From Candidatus Babeliales bacterium (GTDB lineage Bacteria; Babelota; Babeliae; Babelales; JANWKD01): a stretch of DNA of 64,000 nt. The translations under genes and the position numbers were made by a program. Location: positions 480,001-544,000 of the forward strand of contig CAVXJH010000003.1 in the NCBI GenBank assembly GCA_963762115.1, in the 5' to 3' direction. Under the pieces are notes generated by a model. That model did not search any database, had not been told where the DNA came from, and worked only from the letters and a program-made list of their open reading frames with translations. Positions 30,873 to 40,059 of the stretch are shown in pieces; position 1 is the stretch's first letter, and each line of letters begins with the position of its first letter.

Positions 30873-31709
30873 TTAATTCACCTGGTTATACGTATCAATT
30901 CTATTATACCAGCCCGGTAACCACCGTGCTTCATTACGCTCAGGCGGTGCATGCTGCACACGAACCGTCAACACCCGTTTGGCGCAACGAGAAAATTCAT
31001 CTAAAGCTTCAGCGCCTATACTCGTTCCTTTCATGCCTTCCAAAACCTGTAAAAGCCCCCAACGATGCCCTGCATATGAACAAGAAGGATCACTCCCTTC
31101 CCCCTTGAAATTAAGATAATCAATGAGCACATACAAACCATTCTTGCTTCGAGCAATTCTATAAAATTGCTGTCTAATATGATTCTTTTGTGTTTCTTTT
31201 TGCACAGAACGTAAAAGCTTTGGCAATGATTTTTCTAATCGCTGTATAACAAAGGCAACCTGAATATCGATAGTTTCCAATAAAAAAGAGCGCAATTTCT
31301 GCATTTTTTCACTCTGCATAGCCGCCATAAATTCAGACCGTGATCGCCAAGGACAGGACCTTTTTTTATCAATAATTCCTTCAGGCAATTTTTTTCCTCG
31401 AGACTCAATAAAATGCAATAATGCTGGAAATGTCTCTCTAAATTTTTGTGTAACTCCCTCAGGGTACCAAATAGCATGGATCGCTCCCATTGAAGCAAAC
31501 TCTTCACCTTCATTCCACCATGTTAATTTTTGGTAATCGCTGCCACATTCATTCCGTAAAATTTTTTGGCCAATTTTTTGAGCTTCTTGCTTTGTTATTT
31601 TTAACTGAGAAAGAGCGCGTCTTTGCGCAGGAACTTTTTTTTTAGAAAGAACCCCATACAATGAAAAATTGCTCAATAACAAGAAAAAAAAGAATAAAAA
31701 AAAAGTCAT
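30873..31709 (-). CDS. Exported conserved hypothetical protein
   Basis: GGAGG SD, signal peptide; WNEGEEFASMG..H.IWYP, DYLNFKGEG, WGLLQVL blocks. Confidence 0.7.
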   Translation of the reverse strand: MTFFLFFFFLLLSNFSLYGVLSKKKVPAQRRALSQLKITKQEAQKIGQKILRNECGSDYQKLTWWNEGEEFASMGAIHAIWYPEGVTQKFRETFPALLHFIESRGKKLPEGIIDKKRSCPWRSRSEFMAAMQSEKMQKLRSFLLETIDIQVAFVIQRLEKSLPKLLRSVQKETQKNHIRQQFYRIARSKNGLYVLIDYLNFKGEGSDPSCSYAGHRWGLLQVLEGMKGTSIGAEALDEFSRCAKRVLTVRVQHAPPERNEARWLPGWYNRIDTYNQVN

Positions 31710-31779
31710 GCCTTACCTCCGTCATACTTACTTGGAGATTTAAGCATAGCTATTCTTATATCTTGAGGTAAAGATTACC

Positions 31780-32631
31780 TTAAAAAACATCCAAATGCTT
31801 TAATAGTTTTTTTAGTTCTTTTGATCCAGCATAATGAATACAACGCAAATGTTTTTTACCAAGACGCATTGCTGCTTCAATATTGGCATACTCATCATCA
31901 ATATAAATAGTAAATTCAGTGTCCGGATTAATGCCAAACTCTTTAAAAGCCAATTCAAAAATTTGAGGATCTGGTTTAATTAAATATACTTTTCCTGAAA
32001 CAATAATGCCATCAAAATAGCCAAAAAGTAGTTTAAAATTTTTATCATTCTTAATTATTTCAAATGTTTTTTCATCAAAATTCGTCAAAAGAAAGATTTT
32101 ATGTAGCCGTTGACCAGAATAATTTTTTTGACTATGACATTTTTTTAGAATTTTTATTACTGAATGCTTAGGAATAGTTACCGCCGCCAAACGCGCAGGA
32201 GTAAACATGAAATTAGTAATGGCTGTCCACAATTTAGCTTTTCTTTTACCAATTGAAGATCTAACCTCTTTTATTTTTGCCAAGATGATTGCTTTTACTT
32301 CCTCGGGTGTTTTTAACCCTTGTAGCCAATCGCACATAATTTTAGGCAAAATTCTATCTTCATTAGAGGCCACTATTTGACCAGATCTATATGGTTCAAT
32401 CGTACAGAGAAAATCCATATATTCTTCTTCAATGCGCAAAGGATTAGAAAAAATATTGGCAAATATATTACCGATTCCTATTTCTGATAAAACACTTCTG
32501 GTTTGTTGTTCACCAAGAACACTGCCAAAGTCAAAAATTATATTTGTTGGCACGACAGCTAAAGAAGTTGCTTGAAAAAAAAGACATAACCCCATGAATA
32601 CAACTTTTGTTATTTTGAATCTAATAATCAT
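31780..32631 (-). CDS. HAD-family hydrolase with N-terminal signal peptide
   Basis: IIFDFGSVL, LLTN, KPDPQIF, YIDD. Confidence 0.8.
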   Translation of the reverse strand: MIIRFKITKVVFMGLCLFFQATSLAVVPTNIIFDFGSVLGEQQTRSVLSEIGIGNIFANIFSNPLRIEEEYMDFLCTIEPYRSGQIVASNEDRILPKIMCDWLQGLKTPEEVKAIILAKIKEVRSSIGKRKAKLWTAITNFMFTPARLAAVTIPKHSVIKILKKCHSQKNYSGQRLHKIFLLTNFDEKTFEIIKNDKNFKLLFGYFDGIIVSGKVYLIKPDPQIFELAFKEFGINPDTEFTIYIDDEYANIEAAMRLGKKHLRCIHYAGSKELKKLLKHLDVF

Positions 32632-32726
32632 TGATAATCCCTCTAAAAAAAATCCTACTTATAAGATCTACATGCTTACTCTTGAAAAATTATATCATAG
32701 TCAACCAAAAAAATCTTATCTCCATT

Positions 32727-33491
32727 TTATGCCATTAACCCATATTTCCGTAACAGCGATCCTAATTTTGAAGCTTTTAAACATAAAAGAGTCATCATAC
32801 CAAATTCTTCTGCCGTAGCCAGATTTTCTCTTTGATCATCAATATAACAACATTCTTGAGGGTCAAGTTCAAAGGCATCAATAAGATAATTAAAAATTTC
32901 AGGATCAGGTTTCAATAATTGCGTTTCATATGAGGTGACAATACCATCAAAAAGGTCAAAAAAGCTCTTATATTTTGGCTGAATTCCTTCATAGGTTTCC
33001 TGATCAATATTGGAAAGAATATATAATTTATAACTACTATTTTTCTTCAGTTTTTTTATCATATTTTCGACCGTAGAAACTGGCTTGAATATCTCAGCAC
33101 CTACAGCAGAATCTAACATTATATGGGCTAAACTAATCAAAGTTTTCTTTTGCCGTTTATCACTAAAAAAGTTTTGTCCGTCCAACATATCATAAAAAGC
33201 TAATACCCTGCCTAATGCTTCTTTGCTGGTGATTGTTCCTCGTTGCCACTCCAACATACACGATGGCAAGCGCACGCCTTTATAGGTAACTTTATCTTGA
33301 AACTCCCCTGGAATCTCTAAACGCATTTTATTCAATAAAGCCAAACTATCTTCAATAGGATCTTTACGATGTTTTAAATAATAAAAAATAATATTAACCA
33401 AACCTATTTTTCGTAATGCTTTTGCTTTATCAACAATAAATAAGACGCCAACTAAATCAAAGACAATCGTTTTAATAGGATTTTGCGACAT
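32727..33491 (-). CDS. HAD-family hydrolase (YihX-like)
   Basis: IVFDLVGVL, ILSN, KPDPEIF, YIDD. Confidence 0.85.
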   Translation of the reverse strand: MSQNPIKTIVFDLVGVLFIVDKAKALRKIGLVNIIFYYLKHRKDPIEDSLALLNKMRLEIPGEFQDKVTYKGVRLPSCMLEWQRGTITSKEALGRVLAFYDMLDGQNFFSDKRQKKTLISLAHIMLDSAVGAEIFKPVSTVENMIKKLKKNSSYKLYILSNIDQETYEGIQPKYKSFFDLFDGIVTSYETQLLKPDPEIFNYLIDAFELDPQECCYIDDQRENLATAEEFGMMTLLCLKASKLGSLLRKYGLMA

Positions 33492-33674
33492 GTATTCTTT
33501 CTTTTATGGAGAAATCGGTTGTTTTGCACAAATAAGCTTGACACCATATCTTCGAAAATACAATAGGTGCTTTTTTAAAAGCAAGAAAAAGACCTTAACT
33601 TTAAACTAAACGAATTATAAGATAAATTTTTCATTTTTAATTTGGCCTAAAGCAAAAAACTTATAAACAAGAAT

Positions 33675-33715
33675 TGTCATTGCGAGCGCATGCGTGGCAA
33701 CCCAGTCTATAAAAT
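33675..33715 (+). repeat. Family A solo arm
   Basis: TGTCATTGCGAG-CGCATGCG-TGGCAACCCAGTCTATAAAAT; no partner arm seen. Confidence 0.8.
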
Positions 33716-33888
33716 AAATTCCATATATTATTGATACCATTTCCACATCTTTGTTTTTAGTATTTTTTAATATTATACGGCCCTATGCGGGCAGCACAAA
33801 GGTATTGCGTGCCCAATACCTTTGATACAAGGGCCTCCCCCTTCGCTTATCCACGCCTTCCGGCTTGGCAAGCTTGTATGTTAAATCA

Positions 33889-34092
33889 AAATGATTTTAA
33901 AGCTAAATTTTGTTAATTTATGATCAGTTGTTTTGAAATTAATTGTTTGAGAAGCTGATAGATCTCGTGTCAAGCTTGGTCTCAAAGGACCGTGTCATAG
34001 TTTGAGACTATCAGCTTATACAAAAATGACCTCGAACAATCACTAGAGACGTATCAAGTACATACGATCTCGCATGTCTACAAGCCAGAGGT
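33889..34092 (+). ncRNA. Predicted IS110 bridge RNA (target- and donor-binding loops)
   Basis: Stem 33952-33966/34004-34017 encloses TGTCAAGCT and CATAG (target guides); stem 34029-34033/34088-34092 encloses ACAATCACT and TACAAG (donor guides); 5' end inferred from junction promoter. Confidence 0.85.
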
Positions 34093-34096
34093 ATTT

Positions 34097-35038
34097 ATGA
34101 AAAATATATCAAAAGTATTTATAGGTGTCGATATTTCAAAAAACACTTTAGATGTTTATATCCATCCAATAGGAAAATCTTTAAAAGTATCAAACTCAGA
34201 AGTTGGAATAACGGAGATCATTAAAGAATTAGTTAAATATGATATCGAACAAATTGCATGCGAAGCAACTGGTGGGTATGAAAAATTACTTGCTCGAATA
34301 TTAAAAAAAAATTGTTATTATCTTTGGATCATCGATCCAAGAAGAATAAAAGGCTATATTGTTGCTAGTGGCTGCAAAAGCAAAACGGATAAAATTGATG
34401 CTCGAAAAATTGCTGAATTTGCTTCTAAAAATTCTCCTGATTATGAGATAATGAACAAAAGCGAAAATCAAGAAAAATTACAAGCTTTGGTCAATCGTAA
34501 AAATGACTTGGTAAAATTTTTAGTTGCCGAAAAAACAAGATCTAAACATCCATCTCATGCATTATATGCATCAAGTATAAAGAAATTTATCAAAATCTTA
34601 GAGTGCGAAATCAAATCAATTGATTTAAAGATACAAGATTTAATTCAGCAAGATGAAAAATTAAATACAAAATCAAAAATTTTGGAGTCAATTCCAGGAA
34701 TAGGCAAAACTTCAGCTGCAACATTATTATCATTCGTTCCTGAACTTGGTCAAATAAGTAATAAAAAAGTATCAGCACTCATTGGTGTTTGTCCTTATGA
34801 GAATGAAAGTGGAAGTTATAAGGGTAAAAAATTCATCAGAGGTGGAAGAACTATTCCAAGAAATATGCTTTATATGTGTGCATTAACAACTATTAAATAT
34901 CATCTCCCATTAAAGGAACTTTACGATCGTTTAATAACTTCTAAAAAACCTTTTAAAATAGCTATCGTAGCTATTATGCATAAACTTATTGTGATTGCTA
35001 ATTCTTTACTAAAAAAAGGTGAATTATGTAAAGCTTAA
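34097..35038 (+). CDS. IS110-family DEDD recombinase/transposase
   Basis: GVDISK, CEATGGY, KTDKIDA (DEDD), SIPGIG, NESG (catalytic Ser position), GGR. Confidence 0.95.
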   Translation: MKNISKVFIGVDISKNTLDVYIHPIGKSLKVSNSEVGITEIIKELVKYDIEQIACEATGGYEKLLARILKKNCYYLWIIDPRRIKGYIVASGCKSKTDKIDARKIAEFASKNSPDYEIMNKSENQEKLQALVNRKNDLVKFLVAEKTRSKHPSHALYASSIKKFIKILECEIKSIDLKIQDLIQQDEKLNTKSKILESIPGIGKTSAATLLSFVPELGQISNKKVSALIGVCPYENESGSYKGKKFIRGGRTIPRNMLYMCALTTIKYHLPLKELYDRLITSKKPFKIAIVAIMHKLIVIANSLLKKGELCKA

Positions 35039-35249
35039 TATTGTTTAGCTTTATTAAAAAATATTTGACTTTTAACACAATCACTATGGCGGACAGGCCA
35101 ACCCTTCGAAGCGTTAGCGTAGTAGGGCCGCGCGAAAACGTGAATTCTAAATCTTGATGCAGAATGCATCAAGATTTAGAATTCACATCGCCACTACCGG
35201 ACTAACCTATATTTATAAATTTTCTTTAGAATTTCATTTATTTGGGCAA

Positions 35250-35290
35250 TGAAAAAGGGCTTGCTCAATATTTGGACAGGCCCTTTTTCA
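35250..35290 (-). terminator. Rho-independent terminator (could act both ways)
   Basis: TGAAAAAGGGCTTG...CAGGCCCTTTTTCA. Confidence 0.65.
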
Positions 35291-35306
35291 TTTTTAAAAA
35301 TCAATA

Positions 35307-35450
35307 TTATTTATTTTTGCTGCCAAAATAATAAACTACCGGGGCTACAACAGCAGCCGTAACAACCATAGCTCCTGCAATAATTTTTTTTGAATGTGTT
35401 TGGCAAAAGGTTTGATGAGAAATAGCAGCATCATATCCCTCCTTATGACC
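35307..35450 (-). pseudogene. 3' remnant of a gene with C-terminal TM anchor
   Basis: Reads GHKEGYDAAISHQTFCQTHSKKIIAGAMVVTAAVVAPVVYYFGSKNK*, followed by a terminator; 5' part replaced by the tnpA relic. Confidence 0.5.
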
Positions 35451-35452
35451 AG

Positions 35453-35590
35453 ATCAAAGGAAAAAGTGCTATTAAAGTTGCACGGCAATTTGAGGTAAAA
35501 CTAAAAACTTTAATGGCAAACGATTTTTGGGCTAGAGGTTATGTCATTTCGACCGTTGATTTTAAAATTGGGCAAATATACAATTTCTAA
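35453..35590 (+). pseudogene. IS200 tnpA C-terminal fragment
   Basis: Reads IKGKSAIKVARQF...FWARGYVISTV; no start or HUH motif. Confidence 0.75.
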
Positions 35591-35705
35591 TTTTTTCTAT
35601 GTTAAATAAATTCCAGTTGTATTTTTTTTGATATGTGCTATTATTGAATTATATTCAAATTGATATTTTTACTATTTTTCAGGTTCAAAACAAAGGAGAA
35701 CCCCC

Positions 35706-38288
35706 GTGAAGAAACATATTATTTTCTTAACCATTTTTCTTATCATTGCCAATTCATTACCCATGTATTCAATGGAAACTGATGAGTTAGATATACGAGC
35801 AAAAGTTGAAAAATTAATAATCGAAGATGATCTTGATGCGCTCATTGATGATGTCACACCATTAATTTTTGCCGTTCAACAAAATGACCTTGATCTTATG
35901 CATCGACTTATTGCATTTGGTGCTAATGTTAATGCGCAAGCTTTAAATGGTTCAACGGCATTATTAGAAGCAGTAAAAATGTATGAGACAGCCAATAATT
36001 TCAATGTTATTAACTATTTGGTTAGTTGTGGTGCTCGAAATGATATTGAAGATGAAAAAGGGGAAACTGCTCTTTTTGTTGCTCGAGATTCTGGGTTTAA
36101 TGAAGTTGTAGAATTTTTGTTACCTCAAAACAATGTGAGTGTTCAAGGAAATGCAACACCATTGATACATGATGATTCGGAAGAAACAGAAAAACAATCT
36201 GATATAAAACAGACTGAAAAAGGAAAAGAAAAAGAGTCTCAAGAAGATAAAAAATCTAAAAAGACAAAAAAGCAAATTTTAGCAACTATGATTAAAAAAC
36301 CGATAAGGGTTATTGAATCAGGGGTAAAAGCTAGTTATTATGCTTCTCTTCATTATCTTCATCAAAAAAATGCTGATTATCAAAAAAGAGCATTAAGAAA
36401 ATATCTTAAAAATATAAAAAAACAATCGCAAATTAATGATAGATATTCACCATTGATAGCGGCAGTTAAAAATAATGATCTTGAAACGGTAATAACATTA
36501 CTTAGTGACCCAATGACAGATGTTAATATGAAAGATCATACAGAATGGACGGCCTTAGCAACTGCAATACATCAAGGTAATTTAAAAATTGTAGAAGTAT
36601 TGGTTAATCATAAAGGAATAATTCTTGATGCGCCAAGTTCTTCTAGATGCTGGACAGCATTAATGGAAGCTATTTTTACTCAAAATGTTGAAATTGTAAA
36701 ACTTTTAATAGAAAAAGGAGCCAATATCAATGCTGTAAACAATCTTGGAGTAACAGTTTTGATACTTGCTGTTTGGCATGGAACTCCTGAAATAATTGAC
36801 TTACTTTTAAGTTTTAATGCCGATGAAGATAAAAAATTAAATATTAATAATAAAAACACTTCAGGCTATACTGCTTTATTTTATGCAGCTCAAAGAAATA
36901 ATTTAGATTTGGTCAAGAAATTAATAAATCTTGGTGCAATTATTGAAAATGAATCTATGGAAACTAGCCCTCTAAATCCGATTCATAAAAGTAATAAAAA
37001 TACTAATCAAGAAATTAATAAAGAAATAGTAGAGTTTTTGAGAGAAGCATTTGAAGAAAGAAGTAAAAAAGAATCTGCTCAAAATATTTTTGAAGGAAAA
37101 ATTGAGGAAAAACAAGAAATTTCTCAAGCAAAACCTAAAAAAGTAATGCAATCTGAGCTTGCATCAAAGCTTTTACGTGCACTGAAAAATGGTGATCTTG
37201 CTACGATTCAAGATGCAATTGCAAAAGGTGTTGATATTAATCTTGCATTAAATGAATATGGTGACACTTTATTTATTCTTGCAATTGATAATAAAAAAAT
37301 TAATATTGCTCAATGGTTAATTGAAGCAGGTTCTGATATTAATAAAAGTAATAATGATGAGATAACACCATTGCTATTGGCTATGGCAAATGAAGAGCCT
37401 AAAATTATTCAATGGTTACTTGAAATTCCTGGTATTGATGCTAATAAACCTACTGATGAAGGAGTTACCCCATTGATAGCGGCTATAGCAAATAAAAAGT
37501 ATAAAATTGTTCAATGGTTACTTGAGACTCCTGGTATTGATGTTAATAAAGCCCATAGCAATGGAGTTACTCCATTGTTAAGGGCTATAGCAGATAAAGA
37601 GCATAAAATTGTTCAATGGTTACTTGAAACTCCTGGTATTGATGTTAATAAAGCCAATAATAATGGAGTAACTCCATTGCTATGGGCTATAGCAAATAAA
37701 GAGTTTAAAATTGTTCAGTGGTTACTTGAAACTCCTGGTATTGATGTTAATAAAGCCAATAATAATGGAGTAACTCCATTGCTATGGGCTATAGCAAATA
37801 AAGAGTTTAAAATTGTTCAGTGGTTACTTGAAACTCCTGGTATTGATGTTAATAAAGCTAATAATAATGGAGTAACTCCATTAATGAAAGCTATAGTTAT
37901 TGAAGAATTTGTGATTGCGCGCTTATTAATTACTAAGGGTGCAAATGTCAACGCTCTAAATAATTATGAAGCCTCAGCCCTAGTATGTGCTTTTTGTCAC
38001 ATAAACAATATTGGATTTTGCAATGACCATATATCTTTCATCTTCTTATTGATTGCACATGGGGCTGATGTAAACATTTCATGTATAATTAATGATAAAA
38101 AAACAACAATATTACAATGTGTGGTTGAAAATGGATGGATTAGCCTGCTCGAAAGTATTCTTAATTGCCAAACAGTTGATAAAATGAAAATTCGCGAATG
38201 GGCAATAGCAAGCAATAATAGAAAAGTAATCAATTTTTTAGATAAAAAAGAGGATTTAGATAAAAAAGAACGTTGTATAATAAGTTAA
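35706..38288 (+). CDS. Secreted ankyrin-repeat protein with C-terminal CaaX (860 aa)
   Basis: GTG start with AAGGAG; signal peptide ...PMYS-ME; many TPL..A repeats; ends KKERCIIS. Confidence 0.9.
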   Translation: MKKHIIFLTIFLIIANSLPMYSMETDELDIRAKVEKLIIEDDLDALIDDVTPLIFAVQQNDLDLMHRLIAFGANVNAQALNGSTALLEAVKMYETANNFNVINYLVSCGARNDIEDEKGETALFVARDSGFNEVVEFLLPQNNVSVQGNATPLIHDDSEETEKQSDIKQTEKGKEKESQEDKKSKKTKKQILATMIKKPIRVIESGVKASYYASLHYLHQKNADYQKRALRKYLKNIKKQSQINDRYSPLIAAVKNNDLETVITLLSDPMTDVNMKDHTEWTALATAIHQGNLKIVEVLVNHKGIILDAPSSSRCWTALMEAIFTQNVEIVKLLIEKGANINAVNNLGVTVLILAVWHGTPEIIDLLLSFNADEDKKLNINNKNTSGYTALFYAAQRNNLDLVKKLINLGAIIENESMETSPLNPIHKSNKNTNQEINKEIVEFLREAFEERSKKESAQNIFEGKIEEKQEISQAKPKKVMQSELASKLLRALKNGDLATIQDAIAKGVDINLALNEYGDTLFILAIDNKKINIAQWLIEAGSDINKSNNDEITPLLLAMANEEPKIIQWLLEIPGIDANKPTDEGVTPLIAAIANKKYKIVQWLLETPGIDVNKAHSNGVTPLLRAIADKEHKIVQWLLETPGIDVNKANNNGVTPLLWAIANKEFKIVQWLLETPGIDVNKANNNGVTPLLWAIANKEFKIVQWLLETPGIDVNKANNNGVTPLMKAIVIEEFVIARLLITKGANVNALNNYEASALVCAFCHINNIGFCNDHISFIFLLIAHGADVNISCIINDKKTTILQCVVENGWISLLESILNCQTVDKMKIREWAIASNNRKVINFLDKKEDLDKKERCIIS
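37401..37882 (+). repeat. 102-bp tandem repeat, about 4.7 copies (34-aa ankyrin unit)
   Basis: AAAATT(A/G)TTCA(A/G)TGGTTACTTGA at 37401, 37503, 37605, 37707, 37809. Confidence 0.95.
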
Positions 38289-38308
38289 TTGGTTAATTTT
38301 AGATATTT

Positions 38309-38352
38309 TATTAAAGAGAGAAGTAATATTTTCTTGATTTCTCTCTTTAATA
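38309..38352 (+). terminator. Terminator-like hairpin
   Basis: TATTAAAGAGAGAA...TTCTCTCTTTAATA. Confidence 0.55.
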
Positions 38353-38448
38353 ATTATAGAACCTATCTGAAAACTCAGGGCAGTTAAAAAAATAAAAATC
38401 TCTTTCTTGAGTTGAGCTTTATTATAAGCAACATTATACTAAAATATT

Positions 38449-38835
38449 ATGAATCTCTACCAAGCCCTCTTAATGGACCATTATCAAAACCCCCGCAACT
38501 ATGGAACCCTCGAAAACCCTGACTTCAGTTCAGGAGAACATAACCCTTCTTGTGGCGATATAATCACTATTCAAGGAAACATCGAAAACGATCGCCTCAC
38601 AAAAATATGTTTCACCGCACAAGGATGCGTCATTAGCGTTGCATCAGCATCACTCCTTACTGAATATGCCCACCAAAAAACCTTAGAAACCATCACCGCA
38701 ATTACCCCCCAACAGATGCAAGAAATTATAGGTATCACCTTAGGGCCTCTACGCATCAAATGCGCACTTCTTTCCCTTATCGCTTTACAAAAAGGCATTC
38801 AAAATTACACCCAAACTCATCTCAAAGGCTCCTAA
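38449..38835 (+). CDS. sufU: SufU/IscU-type Fe-S assembly protein
   Basis: DHYQNPRNYG, NPSCGD, GCVISVASAS, RIKCA. Confidence 0.88.
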   Translation: MNLYQALLMDHYQNPRNYGTLENPDFSSGEHNPSCGDIITIQGNIENDRLTKICFTAQGCVISVASASLLTEYAHQKTLETITAITPQQMQEIIGITLGPLRIKCALLSLIALQKGIQNYTQTHLKGS

Positions 38836-39962
38836 TGCTTGATAAACCAAAAGTTTTACAAGCACTCCAAAATGTAGCCCAAACCCTTTTCCTTGATCTT
38901 TCTGATGAACTTGCTTTAGCACAAAAAGTATGGCTTGAAATTCAAAATGACAGCACCTTTGCTTATAAAGTTCAACAAGCTCACGCACCTTGGCTGATTC
39001 CTTCATGGTTCGATGCACTGGCAAATACCTATGCCATAGAACCTCAAACAGAAAATTATCATATTCTTTCCGTTGATGGTTCACAAATTTACCCTGATCG
39101 CCATCAAGGAACCTCTTGCTATTTAATCAATATTGGATCAGTGCACATTCATTATAATGGTGAACGTGCACGCATAAACTTAACATCACAACCGCATGTT
39201 TTTGTACCACAAAATGAACAAGAAGCTCTTGAAAGTTCACTTGATCATGTTAATTGTAAAAGACAAGATTTTGAACTTCGTGATAGTTTTCATTTAATAG
39301 AATCGCTCGCTCAAAACGCTGATAATGATCAAAAAGTGCTTCTTTTTGATGGATCACTCATTTTTTGGCATTTAGAAGGTAAAGAGCAAACTATGAAAGA
39401 AGAATATGTAAATAAATACATACTTTCACTGTATAAAATCTATCAAGCTAAAACGCTCATGGCCGGTTACATTAGCATGCCAAAAAGCAAAGAGCTCGTT
39501 AATCTCATTAAACTTTCGTTATCTGATTTTGATCCAATCAATAATGATACTCATAAAAAAGTTGAACATATTCTTGATGCACATATTGCACGATTTTTTC
39601 TTCCTCCTTTTCATCATTCAATCGTTTTCAAAAGTCATTCACTTATTACTGAACATTATCCTCATATATTAAAACCTTATTTTTTTTATATTAATACAGG
39701 ACACGAAATTGCACGTATCGAAATTCCTCAATGGATCGCCTTCAATCATGATCATATAAAAAAACTTGCAAGCATTATTCTTGATCAAACACAAAAAGGT
39801 CACGGTTATCCAGTGTGCTTAGCTGAAGCACATGAACAAGCGGTGGTAAAAGGACCTGATAGAGAATTCTTTTATCATCTCATTCAAAAGATTGGTTTTG
39901 ATCAACAACAACGATTAATTTTTTCTCAAAAAAGCATGAAAAAACGCGGCATTGGTATTTAA
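38835..39962 (+). CDS. nurA: NurA-family nuclease
   Basis: SVDGSQ, LFDGSL, ARIEIP, GYPVCLAEAHEQAVV; start ATG 38835 (TAATG overlap). Confidence 0.85.
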   Translation: MLDKPKVLQALQNVAQTLFLDLSDELALAQKVWLEIQNDSTFAYKVQQAHAPWLIPSWFDALANTYAIEPQTENYHILSVDGSQIYPDRHQGTSCYLINIGSVHIHYNGERARINLTSQPHVFVPQNEQEALESSLDHVNCKRQDFELRDSFHLIESLAQNADNDQKVLLFDGSLIFWHLEGKEQTMKEEYVNKYILSLYKIYQAKTLMAGYISMPKSKELVNLIKLSLSDFDPINNDTHKKVEHILDAHIARFFLPPFHHSIVFKSHSLITEHYPHILKPYFFYINTGHEIARIEIPQWIAFNHDHIKKLASIILDQTQKGHGYPVCLAEAHEQAVVKGPDREFFYHLIQKIGFDQQQRLIFSQKSMKKRGIGI

Positions 39963-40059
39963 ATACTTACGCATCACCTCATGTATTATCATTGCTTTTT
40001 TACGGTGCTTGCTATAGAATTGGGTAAAAAATAATTTCATTCATATTGTAATAAGCAAA

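Larger units (their letters stand above)
33873..35085 (+). mobile_element. IS110-family insertion sequence, CT core at both junctions
   Basis: Junctions ...GGCAAG-CT-TGTATG (CT 33873-74) and ...ACAATCA-CT-ATGGCGG (CT 35084-85); removal restores the repeat motif GGCAAGCTATGGCGGACAGG. Confidence 0.93.
33779..35222. repeat. Family B repeat copy 2, split by IS110 (33779-33874 + 35086-35222), distal end missing
   Basis: Starts GGCCCTATGCGGGCAGCACAAAGGTATTG as at 47644; resumes GGCGGACAGGCCAACCCTTCGAAGCGTTAGCGTAGTAGGGCCGCGCGAA identical to 47774-47822. Confidence 0.9.

Noticed and set aside
33873..33874. CT at both IS110 ends as a target-site duplication
   Set aside because: IS110 recombination is conservative; CT appears in both donor and target guides, so it is better read as the shared core
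37401..37882. Regular repeats as a CRISPR array
   Set aside because: No unique spacers; in-frame 102-bp ankyrin units; no cas genes in the window
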